A stretch of DNA of 64,000 bases. It comes from Porticoccus sp. Its GTDB lineage: Bacteria; Pseudomonadota; Gammaproteobacteria; Pseudomonadales; Porticoccaceae. The notes under the pieces were generated by a model that ran no database searches, was not told the DNA's origin, and saw nothing but the letters and a program-made list of their open reading frames with translations. The stretch is taken from assembly GCF_965660005.1 (NCBI RefSeq), contig NZ_CBFHYF010000003.1, positions 43,062 through 107,061 on the forward strand, given 5' to 3'. Each line of letters begins with the position of its first letter. Within the stretch, counting starts at the first letter, position 1. Made by a program: the position numbers and the translations under genes. This document shows positions 41,757 to 53,997 of this stretch, in pieces.

Positions 41757-43184
41757 TTGGCTCAAATTTTATGGGAAAAGTGCCTGGGTTATCTTCAGGA
41801 AGAATTGCCAGCACAGCAATTTAATACCTGGATAAGGCCACTTAGGCTCGACACGTCAAAATCCGGGGAATCGAGCTCCCCGAATAATGTCTGTTTGCTG
41901 GCACCTAACCGCTTTGTAAAAGACTGGGTGTCTGACAAGTTTCTCGATCGAATCGTCGACATTTACCAACAGGTTTGCGGGGAGCGGTGTGCTGTTTCAG
42001 TTGAATCAGGTGTTCACGAAAAAAGCGATGCTGTGGCCATGCCGATGCCAAATACCGCGGCGGAGGCTGACACGGAAGTATCACCCCCGGCCGTTGTTGT
42101 ACCACCCCGATCACAGGGGCACTCTATCCCCAGAAATAGTGGTATAGAAGGTGGCCTGAATCATCAAAGCAACATAAATGAAGTGTTTACATTCTCTTCC
42201 TTTGTGGAGGGTAAATCGAACCAGTTGGCTCTGGCGGCTTCCAAACAGGTGGCAGAAAACTCGGGTGGCTCCTACAACCCGTTGTTTATTTATGGCGGTG
42301 TCGGGTTAGGGAAAACTCACTTGATGCATGCTGTGGGCAATGCCCTGCGTCTGCAGAAACCCAATGCAAAGATTATCTATCTGCATTCCGAGCGATTTGT
42401 TGCCGATATGGTCAAGGCGTTGCAGTTAAATGCTATAAACGATTTCAAGCGCTTTTACCGTTCTGTCGATGCACTGTTAATCGATGATATTCAATTTTTT
42501 GCAGGGAAAGAGCGGTCACAGGAAGAGTTTTTCCATACCTTCAATGCACTTCTGGAGGGAGGGCAGCAAATGATACTGACCTGTGACCGTTACCCAAAGG
42601 GAATCAATGGTCTCGAGGAGCGCCTCAAGTCCCGTTTTGGCTGGGGGCTGACGGTCGCGGTTGAGCCCCCCGAGCTTGAAACACGCGTGGCAATCTTGAT
42701 AAAAAAGGCGCACCAGGCAAAGATTGATCTGCCCACCGATGCTGCTTTTTTCATCGCCCACAGAATCAGGTCAAATGTACGAGAGCTAGAAGGCGCATTA
42801 AAGAGAGTGATAGCAAGTGCTCACTTTACGGGCAGGATGATAGATATCGATTTAATTCGGGAATCCCTCCGGGATCTCTTGGCCCTGCAGGATAAGTTGG
42901 TGACCATCGACAATATTCAGCGGGTAGTCTCCGAATATTACAAAGTCAAACTATCAGAGTTACTCTCAAAACGCAGAAGCAGATCCATAGCCAGACCGCG
43001 TCAGGTGGCAATGGCGTTGGCAAAAGAGCTGACGAACCACAGTTTGCCTGAAATAGGTGAGGCATTTGGCGGCAGAGATCATACAACGGTTCTCCACGCC
43101 TGCCGAAAGGTTAAAGAGCTGCAGGAAACCAGCCGCGATATCAGTGACGATATGAAGCAATTGCTTCGCGCATTGACTACCTAA
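41757..43184 (+). CDS. dnaA: chromosomal replication initiator protein DnaA
   Basis: [10 protein letters not shown] Walker A and the C-terminal DnaA-box-binding domain. TTG 41757 (AAGAAGGGG 7 nt upstream) aligns (L)AQILWEKC with MSVELWQQC of Pseudomonas DnaA. GTG 41724 (track start) is the alternative. Confidence 0.96.
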   Translation: MAQILWEKCLGYLQEELPAQQFNTWIRPLRLDTSKSGESSSPNNVCLLAPNRFVKDWVSDKFLDRIVDIYQQVCGERCAVSVESGVHEKSDAVAMPMPNTAAEADTEVSPPAVVVPPRSQGHSIPRNSGIEGGLNHQSNINEVFTFSSFVEGKSNQLALAASKQVAENSGGSYNPLFIYGGVGLGKTHLMHAVGNALRLQKPNAKIIYLHSERFVADMVKALQLNAINDFKRFYRSVDALLIDDIQFFAGKERSQEEFFHTFNALLEGGQQMILTCDRYPKGINGLEERLKSRFGWGLTVAVEPPELETRVAILIKKAHQAKIDLPTDAAFFIAHRIRSNVRELEGALKRVIASAHFTGRMIDIDLIRESLRDLLALQDKLVTIDNIQRVVSEYYKVKLSELLSKRRSRSIARPRQVAMALAKELTNHSLPEIGEAFGGRDHTTVLHACRKVKELQETSRDISDDMKQLLRALTT

Positions 43185-43287
43185 TGTATGGAGAGAGGGT
43201 GGGACAAAAACTGTTCCCGGATTGCAGGATAGATGATAATGATAGCCCTCAACGAACCGACCTTATTTACTTGTTGGAAGATTACTA

Positions 43288-44388
43288 ATGAAGTTCACCG
43301 TATCCCGAGAAGATTTTCTTAAGCCTCTGCAATTGGTGGTAGGTGTCGTTGAAAGACGCCAGACTCTGCCCATCCTTTCCAATGTGCTGATTGGTTTGAG
43401 TGGCGGCCGTTTGTCGTTAACCGGAACCGATCTTGAAGTGGAAATTCTTGGTTATCTCAATCTGGATAGTCCATCAGTAGAGGGCGAAATCACCGTTCCG
43501 GGTCGAAAGTTGATGGATATTTGTCGTTCTCTACCTGACGGAGCAGAGCTGACTATTTCTGTAGATGGTGGTCGTGCAATCGTCACCAGTGGGCGCAGCC
43601 GATTTACGCTCTCAACGCTGCCGGCAAATGAATTCCCAAGTGTAGAGGATGGTCCAGGTAACAGAGAGTTTTCGCTGAGTCAGCAAACCTTCAAGCAGTT
43701 GCTGGATAGTACAGCTTTTGCTATGGCGCAGCAGGATGTTCGCTATTATTTGAACGGGATGTTGCTGGAGGTTGGGGACGGCCATGTTCGTGCTGTTGCA
43801 ACTGACGGTCACCGGTTGGCAATGCGGGATGCACCTTTGGAGAGCACTGCTGACGACAAGATACAGGTGATCATACCGCGTAAGGGTGTTCTGGAGCTAT
43901 CCCGCTTGCTTGTCGAGGCTGCGGATGTAGAGGTTGTACTTGGCAATAACCACATACGAGTTTCCACGCCCGAATTTCGTTTTACATCGAAACTGGTTGA
44001 TGGTGCTTATCCGGACTACCAGCGTGTTTTACCAAAAGGAGGTAATAAGCAGCTCACCGGGCGTCGTGAAGAGTTGCGTCACGCATTTAGCCGCACGGCA
44101 ATTCTCTCCAATGAAAAATATCGTGGAGTGCGCTTACTCCTCGGTGACAGTCTCCTTGCTCTGACCGCGAACAATCCGGAACAGGAGGAAGCTCAGGAGG
44201 ATGTCGTTGTTAACTACAATGCCGGTGAATTGGAAATCGGCTTTAATGTCAGTTACGTCATTGACGTGCTTAACGTATTGCGAGGAGATGAGGTGCGTTT
44301 CACCTTGTCCGATGCGAATAGCAGCGCACTGATTGAAGATCCGGCATCTGAGGGCGCGGTCTACGTGGTTATGCCGATGCGGCTATAA
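43288..44388 (+). CDS. dnaN: DNA polymerase III subunit beta
   Basis: 366 aa. MKFTVSREDFLKPLQLV..., ends VVMPMRL. Confidence 0.97.
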   Translation: MKFTVSREDFLKPLQLVVGVVERRQTLPILSNVLIGLSGGRLSLTGTDLEVEILGYLNLDSPSVEGEITVPGRKLMDICRSLPDGAELTISVDGGRAIVTSGRSRFTLSTLPANEFPSVEDGPGNREFSLSQQTFKQLLDSTAFAMAQQDVRYYLNGMLLEVGDGHVRAVATDGHRLAMRDAPLESTADDKIQVIIPRKGVLELSRLLVEAADVEVVLGNNHIRVSTPEFRFTSKLVDGAYPDYQRVLPKGGNKQLTGRREELRHAFSRTAILSNEKYRGVRLLLGDSLLALTANNPEQEEAQEDVVVNYNAGELEIGFNVSYVIDVLNVLRGDEVRFTLSDANSSALIEDPASEGAVYVVMPMRL

Positions 44389-44434
44389 TACGACGCGCCT
44401 GATCTGATTTTGGGTATAAAAATAGACACCTTCA

Positions 44435-45538
44435 ATGTATCTTAAACAGTTGCATGTGCATGGATTGAGAAATTTGAAGCACATTGAGCTGTCTCTTTCC
44501 CCTCAAGTAAATCTTTTTCACGGTGCTAACGGTAGCGGGAAGACAAGCCTCCTGGAGGCGATTTTTTTATTGGGCCGTGGCCGCTCTTTTCGGAGCCGTA
44601 TCCTCAATACCGTAATAAATACACAAGAGCAGGTTTGCACCGCTTATGGTTTGCGAGAATCTTCCGGTGTATCAACCCCAATCGGCGTATCCCGTGGTCG
44701 ACAGGGAGATTTCTTATTCAAAATAAATGGACAACAAATTGCCGCTGCCTCTGCGCTGGCTGAAGCTTTGCCGCTATTACTTTTGAATGCGGAAGGCTTT
44801 GATCTGATTGGTGGGGGGCCACAATATCGACGTCGATTCATCGACTGGGGTGTGTTCCACGTGGAACACAACTACCGGCATTTGATGCAGCGCTATCAGC
44901 GGGTATTGAAACAACGCAATTCGCTAATGCGACATGATAGAATAGACGAACAGGTTCTGGCTGTTTGGGACGCGGAGTTTGTCGAGCTCGCCCAACAGAT
45001 TGACTGCTTGAGAAAAGTATACCTCCAGGAGCTACTGCCGATAGTCAGGAAGATAGCCTGTGAACTATCAGAAGATCTGGGTGATGTAGATTACAGTGTT
45101 TTTCCTGGCTGGGATGAAACAAAGGATTTATCAGAGGTGTTACTGACAGATCGCCCCAGAGATCGTCATTTAAAAACCACCCATCATGGACCCCACCGCG
45201 CAGATTTACGCATTAGGATCAAAAAGCAAAATGCAGCCGATATATTGTCTCGTGGGCAGCTAAAGATACTCGCCATATCTATGCAGATTGCCCAAGGATA
45301 CCTTTTTAACAATAAGACCGGCAGGTCCGGCCTCTATCTAATAGATGATCTGCCGGCAGAGCTGGATATAAAGCATAGAAGGCAGGTATGTGAGAGGCTC
45401 GCCGTTTTGGGTGCGCAGATCTTTGTTACCGGAGTAGAGCGAGAGGGCTTGTTGAACCTTTGGTCTGATTCCGCAAACGACATGAAATTGTTCCACGTGG
45501 AACAGGGTTGTATCCGGGAAGATCGCTACACAGGGTGA
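44435..45538 (+). CDS. recF: DNA replication/repair protein RecF
   Basis: 367 aa. GANGSGKTSLLEA Walker A, LSRGQLK signature, LYLIDD Walker B. Confidence 0.96.
   Translation: MYLKQLHVHGLRNLKHIELSLSPQVNLFHGANGSGKTSLLEAIFLLGRGRSFRSRILNTVINTQEQVCTAYGLRESSGVSTPIGVSRGRQGDFLFKINGQQIAAASALAEALPLLLLNAEGFDLIGGGPQYRRRFIDWGVFHVEHNYRHLMQRYQRVLKQRNSLMRHDRIDEQVLAVWDAEFVELAQQIDCLRKVYLQELLPIVRKIACELSEDLGDVDYSVFPGWDETKDLSEVLLTDRPRDRHLKTTHHGPHRADLRIRIKKQNAADILSRGQLKILAISMQIAQGYLFNNKTGRSGLYLIDDLPAELDIKHRRQVCERLAVLGAQIFVTGVEREGLLNLWSDSANDMKLFHVEQGCIREDRYTG
44853..44868. promoter_or_regulatory. parS: parS site (perfect TGTTCCACGTGGAACA) inside recF
   Basis: Exact 16-bp palindrome identical to the Pseudomonas-type parS consensus. 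Encodes V-F-H-V-E-H of RecF. Confidence 0.8.
45489..45504. promoter_or_regulatory. parS: parS site (perfect TGTTCCACGTGGAACA) inside the recF 3' end
   Basis: Second exact copy, 636 bp from the first. Encodes L-F-H-V-E-Q of RecF in the same codon register. Confidence 0.8.
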
Positions 45539-45556
45539 TTCTTGTCCGGAAATTAA

Positions 45557-47995
<2,439 letters not shown>

Positions 47996-48010
47996 GGAAT
48001 TCATTTAGAA

Positions 48011-48045
48011 ATAAAAAACCCGGCTTATGCCGGGTTTTTTATTTC
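48011..48045. terminator. bidirectional rho-independent terminator (gyrB / convergent minus-strand unit)
   Basis: AAAAAACCCGGC-TTAT-GCCGGGTTTTTT, a perfect stem flanked by A- and T-runs. Confidence 0.85.
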
Positions 48046-48102
48046 TTGTACTCTTCTGAGAGAGTCTTCCTAGGGCGGATGGGTACGAAAGACGATCCGG
48101 TT

Positions 48103-48276
48103 CTATTCTTCACGTTGTCGCCAGATGTCACCATCCGTTTTTCGGCGGCCCCGATTTTTTCTGCGATCCTCTTTATCCGGTTCAAAGCGAATATCTTCTC
48201 GTCGATCATCGCTTTTTCGCTGCTGTTCTTTGCGGCGATCCTCGCCGACGTAAGAGCCGTTATCAATATCTTTCAT
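48103..48276 (-). CDS. small highly charged protein (57 aa) with three DRR repeats; function unknown
   Basis: Below the track cut-off. My translation is MKDIDNGSYVGEDRRKEQQRKSDDRREDIRFEPDKEDRRKNRGRRKTDGDIWRQREE. It has an ATG start. A TTGCTG-16 nt-TATACT promoter-like signal lies at 48351-48324. The terminator at 48011-48045 lies downstream. The SD is only weak (GAG). Two other-frame ORFs of 75 and 78 aa overlap it. Confidence 0.4.
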   Translation of the reverse strand: MKDIDNGSYVGEDRRKEQQRKSDDRREDIRFEPDKEDRRKNRGRRKTDGDIWRQREE

Positions 48277-48363
48277 GGATAAAACTCATTTTGATTGCGG
48301 TATTCACAAGTTGAGTTTAAGAGAGTATAGGCTGAAAATCTAGCACAGCAAGTGATGGCAAAA

Positions 48364-49092
48364 TTAATGGCACGTCAGTTGTAACTGGTGTGTTTCTATC
48401 CAATCCTTAACTTGCTCAGTAACAAGCTGACTGTTGCTCCCCGGTGTAATATTTATGGGTTTGCCAATGATCACATGGATCGTACCCGATCGCTTAATCA
48501 GCTGTCGGGCAGGCCAGCAATAGCCAGCATTGTGGGCTACGGGTATGATGGGCACGCCTGCTGCAATGGCCAGGGCTGCGCCGCTTCTGCCATATTTACC
48601 AATTTTACCGAAGGGGATCCGGGAGCCCTCCGGATAAATAACTACCCGGTTACCCTCAATAATACGTTGTTTACCCTGACTCATAACCTGGCTCATGGCC
48701 TGACGAGGATTGCTTCGGTCAATGGCAATGGGGTGCATAAGGCGGATACCCCAGCCAAAAAAAGGTATTTTCAGCAACTCCTGTTTCAGAATAGTGCTGA
48801 CAGGCATAAACAGCCGCTGTAGAAAAAATACTTCCCAAGTGGACTGGTGCTTGCTGAGTATGACACATGGGGTCTGAGGGATATTTTCCAGGCCATCTAC
48901 CTTAACTTTGATGCCGCAGGTGAGACTCAGAGCTCGATTGATTAGCATGCCAGCAGTGGTGAGTAGACGGTGTCGGTTCAGGTAGCTTAGAAAAGGCCCG
49001 GAGCAGGTAGAAACGAGGCCGAAAACAAAAACTATTAGCATATAAAGTAGATAAAACAACAATGAGCGCAGCAGCATAATCGCTTTATTCAT
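48364..49092 (-). CDS. lysophospholipid (1-acyl-sn-glycerol-3-phosphate) acyltransferase family protein
   Basis: 242 aa. N-terminal TM helix, KHQSTWE (HX4D/E-type) and YPEGSR motifs. Same position as Pseudomonas PA0005. Confidence 0.85.
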   Translation of the reverse strand: MNKAIMLLRSLLFYLLYMLIVFVFGLVSTCSGPFLSYLNRHRLLTTAGMLINRALSLTCGIKVKVDGLENIPQTPCVILSKHQSTWEVFFLQRLFMPVSTILKQELLKIPFFGWGIRLMHPIAIDRSNPRQAMSQVMSQGKQRIIEGNRVVIYPEGSRIPFGKIGKYGRSGAALAIAAGVPIIPVAHNAGYCWPARQLIKRSGTIHVIIGKPINITPGSNSQLVTEQVKDWIETHQLQLTCH

Positions 49093-49664
49093 GGGGAATT
49101 CCTGTGTCCCGGGTGGGCCAGTATATGATCCACAGCCTGATCAAGATCATCAAACACCGCTGCCTGTTGTAACTCGATTTCTGGTTGTGAGGGCAGTTTC
49201 TTTTCTGTGGTGGCACCTTTACCGGTTCTTACCAGAATGGGAACACAGTGATTACTCAATCCCGCCTGAAGATCCCGCAGGCTATCCCCGATCAGCGGAA
49301 CTCTGTTGAGAGAAATACCAAATTCATTGGCAATGGCATCGATAAGCCCGGGTGCCGGTTTGCGGCAATGGCAGTGATCTTCCGGTGTATGGGGACAATA
49401 AAAGATCCCCCCCAGTTCTGCGCCCTGTTCTATCAACAGGTCAGACAGCTTTGCATGCATGGCTTCCAGATCATCAAGATCAAAAAGACCTCGTCCAATA
49501 CCAGACTGATTAGTAGCAACAACCACGGTATAACCGGCCCGGTAGAGCCTGCCTATAGCATCTATACTGCCGGGCAGGGGCACCCATTCATCGACAGACT
49601 TGATGTAATTATCAGAGTCTTGATTGATTACGCCATCCCGATCGAGAATCACCAGCTTCGTCAT
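49089..49664 (-). CDS. gmhB: D-glycero-beta-D-manno-heptose 1,7-bisphosphate 7-phosphatase
   Basis: ILDRDGVIN HAD motif I, CPHTPEDHCHCRKP zinc loop, GDSLRD. Confidence 0.9.
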   Translation of the reverse strand: MTKLVILDRDGVINQDSDNYIKSVDEWVPLPGSIDAIGRLYRAGYTVVVATNQSGIGRGLFDLDDLEAMHAKLSDLLIEQGAELGGIFYCPHTPEDHCHCRKPAPGLIDAIANEFGISLNRVPLIGDSLRDLQAGLSNHCVPILVRTGKGATTEKKLPSQPEIELQQAAVFDDLDQAVDHILAHPGHRNSP

Positions 49665-51758
49665 TTACTTGGCCGGTACCAGCAGTGAAATATCCGCTAT
49701 ATTGAGGAACAGATCTTGAAGCTTTTGTAATAGCGCAAGACGATTCAAGCGCACTTCTGGGTCTTCTGCCATGACCATAACCTCATCAAAAAACTGATCG
49801 ACAGGGGCCCGTAATTTAGCCAGTTCTTTTAATGCGGTAGAGTAATCTCGGGTTTGCAGGAGTGGGGATACCACATCAGTCAGTGTCCCCAGTATGCTCG
49901 CAAGCTGCTGTTCGGCGGGCTCGGTGAGCAAGCTGTGGTTTAGGTCCTTCCGGTTGATCAGATCGGTTTGTTTGGCGAGAATGTTGGATACTCGCTTGTT
50001 GGCAGCGGCAAGGGCCTCTGCTTCAGCTAATTGATTGAAAGTGTGCACCGCCAGCACTCGCAAATGAATATCCAGTGGATTACTGAGCTGTCGCGCAGCA
50101 ACGGACTGGAAAACCTCGGGGGGCATATTCTCGTCGTCATACCTCGCCTTAAAACGCTCCAGTATGTAAGTGAGTACTTGCTTGCTTATTTTGTCAGTGT
50201 TGTCAGCCAGTGTGGATACACCGGTATGTTGATCAAGGGCCAGTTTCAGTGCCGCTTTGAGATCAATGTCGATGTTGTGTTCGATAATAATGCGCAATAC
50301 ACCGAGACTCGCGCGACGCAAGGCAAACGGGTCCTTCGAGCCACTAGGTGGCTGTCCAATACCGAAGATGCCAACGAGGGTATCGAGACGATCGGCAATA
50401 GCCAGCGTAATGCCGGTTTTGGTGGTGGGGATGGCGTCACCGGCAAAGCGGGGGAGGTATTGTTCGAAGAGCGCACTGGCGACTTCTGGGTTTTCGCCAT
50501 CGTGCATGGCGTAATAGCGGCCCATGGTCCCTTGCAGGTCATCAAACTCACCGACCATTTCGCTCACCAGATCCGACTTGCTTAACTGGCCGGCTCGATA
50601 AGCCAGTGCACTGTCAGCGCCAGTTGTCCCCGATAGTGCCCGGGACAGGTTGGCAACGCGCTCAGACTTATCAAACAAGGATCCGAGCTTTGCCTGAAAC
50701 ACAACGCTGCGAAGTAATTCGCGCCGCTCGGCTAATGTGGTTTGCCGGTCAGTGTCGTAAAAGAAGGCGGCATCCGACAGGCGTGGTCGTATCACCCTTT
50801 CATTGCCGCGGATGACCTGATCGGGGTCTGTGCTCTCAATATTGGCGATGGTAATAAAGATCGGCATTAGCTTGCCGCTATCATCCAGGGCATGAAAATA
50901 TTTTTGGTGGGATTTCATGGAAGAAATCAAGGCTTCCGCCGGCACGTCCAGGAAGCGCGGTTCAAATTGTCCCACCAATGGCACGGGCCATTCATTGAGG
51001 GCCGTTACCTCATTAAGTAAATCGTCATCGATGACTGCATGACCACCAGCTTGTCTGGCTGCGTGATCAACACCTGCCCGGATCAAGTCCCGGCGTTCAT
51101 CAAAGTCTGCCAAGACGTACGCTTGTTTCAGTTGCTGACAATAGCTGGCCGGACTGTCAATAACGATATCATCGGGGGCATGGAAACGGTGACCGCGACT
51201 CCGGTTGCCGGCGGGGAGGCCCATTATTTGCGCATCGACGACATCCTTACCGAATAACATGATGATCCAGTGAACGGGTCGAACGAATTCTTCGCGGCGT
51301 GTACCCCAGCGCATCCGCTTTGGGATGGGCAGTGCCGCCAGGGCACCGGACACGATATCCCCCAGCAGGGCAGCCGTTGATTGTCCCGGTTGGCTGACCC
51401 TGTGGCACAGTTTTTCCTGTTTGCCATCATGCTCAACCATTTCCGGTAACCCAGCCAGTGGACAGTTGTTTTTCTCGGCAAAGGCCTGGGCGGCGCGGGT
51501 TGGCATGCCGGCCTGATCGAAGGCAACGGATTTGGGTGGACCCCAAATGATGGCTTCCTGTCCGGGTGTCATCGGATCGAGCTCGCGAACAACCACTGCC
51601 AGGCGACGAGGGGACGAAAATGAAGCCACTGCACCAAAATTCAGCTCTAGTCCGGTCAGTCGGTTAACAATCGCTATCCTGAACGCCTCTGACAGGTCCA
51701 ACAGTGAGGTTGGCGGGAGCTCTTCTGTGCCAATTTCAACAAGAAAATCTGAACTCAT
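49665..51758 (-). CDS. glyS: glycine--tRNA ligase subunit beta
   Basis: 697 aa. [12 protein letters not shown] start. Confidence 0.96.
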   Translation of the reverse strand: MSSDFLVEIGTEELPPTSLLDLSEAFRIAIVNRLTGLELNFGAVASFSSPRRLAVVVRELDPMTPGQEAIIWGPPKSVAFDQAGMPTRAAQAFAEKNNCPLAGLPEMVEHDGKQEKLCHRVSQPGQSTAALLGDIVSGALAALPIPKRMRWGTRREEFVRPVHWIIMLFGKDVVDAQIMGLPAGNRSRGHRFHAPDDIVIDSPASYCQQLKQAYVLADFDERRDLIRAGVDHAARQAGGHAVIDDDLLNEVTALNEWPVPLVGQFEPRFLDVPAEALISSMKSHQKYFHALDDSGKLMPIFITIANIESTDPDQVIRGNERVIRPRLSDAAFFYDTDRQTTLAERRELLRSVVFQAKLGSLFDKSERVANLSRALSGTTGADSALAYRAGQLSKSDLVSEMVGEFDDLQGTMGRYYAMHDGENPEVASALFEQYLPRFAGDAIPTTKTGITLAIADRLDTLVGIFGIGQPPSGSKDPFALRRASLGVLRIIIEHNIDIDLKAALKLALDQHTGVSTLADNTDKISKQVLTYILERFKARYDDENMPPEVFQSVAARQLSNPLDIHLRVLAVHTFNQLAEAEALAAANKRVSNILAKQTDLINRKDLNHSLLTEPAEQQLASILGTLTDVVSPLLQTRDYSTALKELAKLRAPVDQFFDEVMVMAEDPEVRLNRLALLQKLQDLFLNIADISLLVPAK

Positions 51759-52705
51759 GTTTGAGCCTCTGCGGCGTGTTGTTGAACCTCTTTGGCAAGT
51801 GCGGGTAGGGCCAGCGGGAAGCCAAGCGCCAGGCGTGAATTGAAATAGGCCTGAGCCACGGCTCTTGCCAGGGCTCTCACCCGGAGAATGAAACGCTGTC
51901 GCTCTGTGACAGAAATGGCGCGCCGCGCGTCCAGAAGGTTGAAAGCATGAGAGGCTTTCATGACCATTTCATAGGCGGGTAGTGGCAGACCTTTTTCAAT
52001 CAATCGCTGACTCTCGCTTTCGTAAACATCGAAGCTGTGAAACAGGAAATCCACATTGGCCTCATTGAAGTTAAAGGCCGACATCTCCACTTCATTCTGG
52101 TGAAAAACATCCCCGTAAGTGACGCGACCTTCCGGCCCTTCAGTCCATACCAGGTCGTAAATGCTGTCCACGCCCTGCAAATACATGGCAATCCGTTCCA
52201 GACCGTAGGTGATTTCACCGGTAACCGGGAAACATTCGAGACCGCCCACCTGTTGAAAGTAGGTGAATTGTGTCACCTCCATGCCGTTCAGCCACACCTC
52301 CCAACCCAGACCCCAGGCGCCGAGTGTGGGGGATTCCCAGTTGTCCTCAACAAATCGTATATCGTGGATATTGGTGTCGATGCCGAGTTGTCGCAGGGAG
52401 TCGAGATACAGCTCCTGAATATTGTCGGGGGAAGGCTTCAGGACCACCTGGAACTGGTAGTAATGTTGAAGTCGATTGGGATTCTCGCCGTAACGACCGT
52501 CCGTGGGGCGACGACAGGGTTGCACATAGGCGCTGTGCCAGCTTTCCGGGCCGATCGCACGCAGGAAAGTTGCCGGGTGGAAGGTGCCTGCACCCACTTC
52601 CATATCCAGCGGTTGCAGGATCACACAGTGGTGCTTCGACCAAAAATGTTGCAGAGCCAGAATCAGCCCCTGGAAAGTTGAAACATCCGGTGTAGTTTGT
52701 GACAA
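51755..52705 (-). CDS. glyQ: glycine--tRNA ligase subunit alpha
   Basis: [35 protein letters not shown]. The true start is most likely TTG 52705 (AGGGGA 5 nt upstream), giving 316 aa. The track ORF (to 52927, 390 aa) carries a non-homologous 74-aa extension. Confidence 0.95.
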   Translation of the reverse strand: MSQTTPDVSTFQGLILALQHFWSKHHCVILQPLDMEVGAGTFHPATFLRAIGPESWHSAYVQPCRRPTDGRYGENPNRLQHYYQFQVVLKPSPDNIQELYLDSLRQLGIDTNIHDIRFVEDNWESPTLGAWGLGWEVWLNGMEVTQFTYFQQVGGLECFPVTGEITYGLERIAMYLQGVDSIYDLVWTEGPEGRVTYGDVFHQNEVEMSAFNFNEANVDFLFHSFDVYESESQRLIEKGLPLPAYEMVMKASHAFNLLDARRAISVTERQRFILRVRALARAVAQAYFNSRLALGFPLALPALAKEVQQHAAEAQT

Positions 52706-52736
52706 CTGAGTTCCCCTATGACATGCAAAGTTGGCA

Positions 52737-52765
52737 ATTATAAGACTGCAACCCCCGAATAGTAA
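52737..52765 (-). promoter_or_regulatory. candidate sigma70 promoter of glyQS
   Basis: On the minus strand, TTACTA-17 nt-TATAAT, about 30 nt upstream of the TTG start. Confidence 0.35.
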
Positions 52766-53078
52766 GGGCTTTATTGCCGGGGGGTGTCTGCCTGGACAGT
52801 CAATACCTGCCACAGGATTTGAAAGCGGGTTTGCGGGAGTTGTCCTGGCAATACGAAGTGCGAAGGGCGCTTTGCAAGACGGTTGGTATTCACTTTGGGC
52901 GGCTGGTTGCTGAGCAGACAAAGTCAAAGGTTGATACAGTGCTTCACTGGCCGTACAGGAAAAGCCAGCGCAGGGGTGATTGTGCTATAGCCCACCGCGA
53001 GGCTCGACGGGCAGTGGGTGTCGGGGAGGAGGTTGGGAATAATGTTCCCGATCACAGGATACGCCATGGCAGTTAATC

Positions 53079-53894
53079 TTGCCCACCAGTCAGGGATCAA
53101 TAGGGATACCAGAAAAATGTGCTCACGCCGTGGATAAGAAAATTGCTCTCCTGCTACTTTTGCTGCTCAGCGTTAGTGGCCTAGTTTTTCTGGTTTTAGA
53201 TCCCGTGGCACAGCCGAAACAATATCTGCAGTTTGCCGACCAAAGAATGCTGTTTGGCATAAAAAACTTCCTGAATGTGGTGTCCAACCTGCCGCTTATC
53301 CTGCTCGGCATTTGTGGTGTTGTGCTGCTGTGGAGAAAGCAGCTGGTGCACGATAATCTCTCCGTGACACCCACCTACCTGACGCTGTTTGCTGCTGTTA
53401 TGTTTACCGGTATCGGTTCGACCTGGTTTCATCTCAATCCGAGCAATCAGGCGCTGTTCTGGGATCGTCTGCCAATGGCCGTTGTTTTTATGGCGATGAG
53501 TACGGCGTTGTTTGCCGAGTACCTGGGTCGTTATTTGCAAAAAATACTTTTTTATCCACTGTTGTTGACCGGAACAGCATCCGTTATCTACTGGCATATT
53601 ACGGAAAGCCTCGGCAGGGGCGACTTGCGGCCCTATCTGTTGGTGCAGTTTCTGCCGATAATCTGCATTGTCCTGCTGATGACCATCAGTCAGTCAAGGT
53701 TCACCAGGAGCCGGGATATCCCGGTCATTTTGCTCTGCTACGGTCTGGCAAAGTTGACGGAATTTCTGGACCAGCAGATTTTTGCTGCAACTACCGTCAT
53801 CAGTGGGCATACCCTCAAGCACTTGCTGGCAGCGGTTGCTATCCTGATATTGCTGAGAATGCTGTGGTTGCGTGAGCAGATAGCAAACCGATAA
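53079..53894 (+). CDS. alkaline-ceramidase-like (PF05875-type) integral membrane hydrolase
   Basis: 7-8 TM segments. WFHLNPSN..LFWDRLPM and SGHTLKHLLAA supply the His/Asp/HxxxH residues typical of alkaline (phyto)ceramidases. The start is uncertain (TTG 53079 or GTG 53130). Confidence 0.65.
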   Translation: MPTSQGSIGIPEKCAHAVDKKIALLLLLLLSVSGLVFLVLDPVAQPKQYLQFADQRMLFGIKNFLNVVSNLPLILLGICGVVLLWRKQLVHDNLSVTPTYLTLFAAVMFTGIGSTWFHLNPSNQALFWDRLPMAVVFMAMSTALFAEYLGRYLQKILFYPLLLTGTASVIYWHITESLGRGDLRPYLLVQFLPIICIVLLMTISQSRFTRSRDIPVILLCYGLAKLTEFLDQQIFAATTVISGHTLKHLLAAVAILILLRMLWLREQIANR

Positions 53895-53997
53895 TTGCGC
53901 TTTGCTATTGCCTGCATAGTTATAATTAGCTGGAGCTATTGTTGGTGGAAAGTTAAAGTATTTACTATAAACATCCGATTCCAGCAGGAGATGAACC

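Noticed and set aside
41280-41765. A 161-aa minus-strand ORF spanning the mnmE-dnaA spacer.
   Set aside because: It runs through the AT-rich tract and the DnaA boxes and into the mnmE 3' end. Its Ile/Tyr/Leu-rich translation is what AT-rich non-coding DNA produces.
48039-48282. The track ORFs 48039..48266 (minus, 75 aa) and 48046..48282 (plus, 78 aa) as the real gene in the gyrB-acyltransferase spacer.
   Set aside because: The 75-aa frame needs a TTG start without an SD and runs into the terminator stem. The plus-strand frame starts inside the terminator. The ATG-initiated 57-aa frame with internal repeats is the better, though still uncertain, candidate.
51755-52927. The 390-aa version of glyQ. 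Also the 348-aa version of parB (32772..33818) and the extended track ORFs for uvrD, def, the TRAP binding protein, rnpA and gyrB.
   Set aside because: The N-terminal extensions have no homology to the families. They overlap upstream genes or promoters. Internal starts with SD sequences align with known N-termini.
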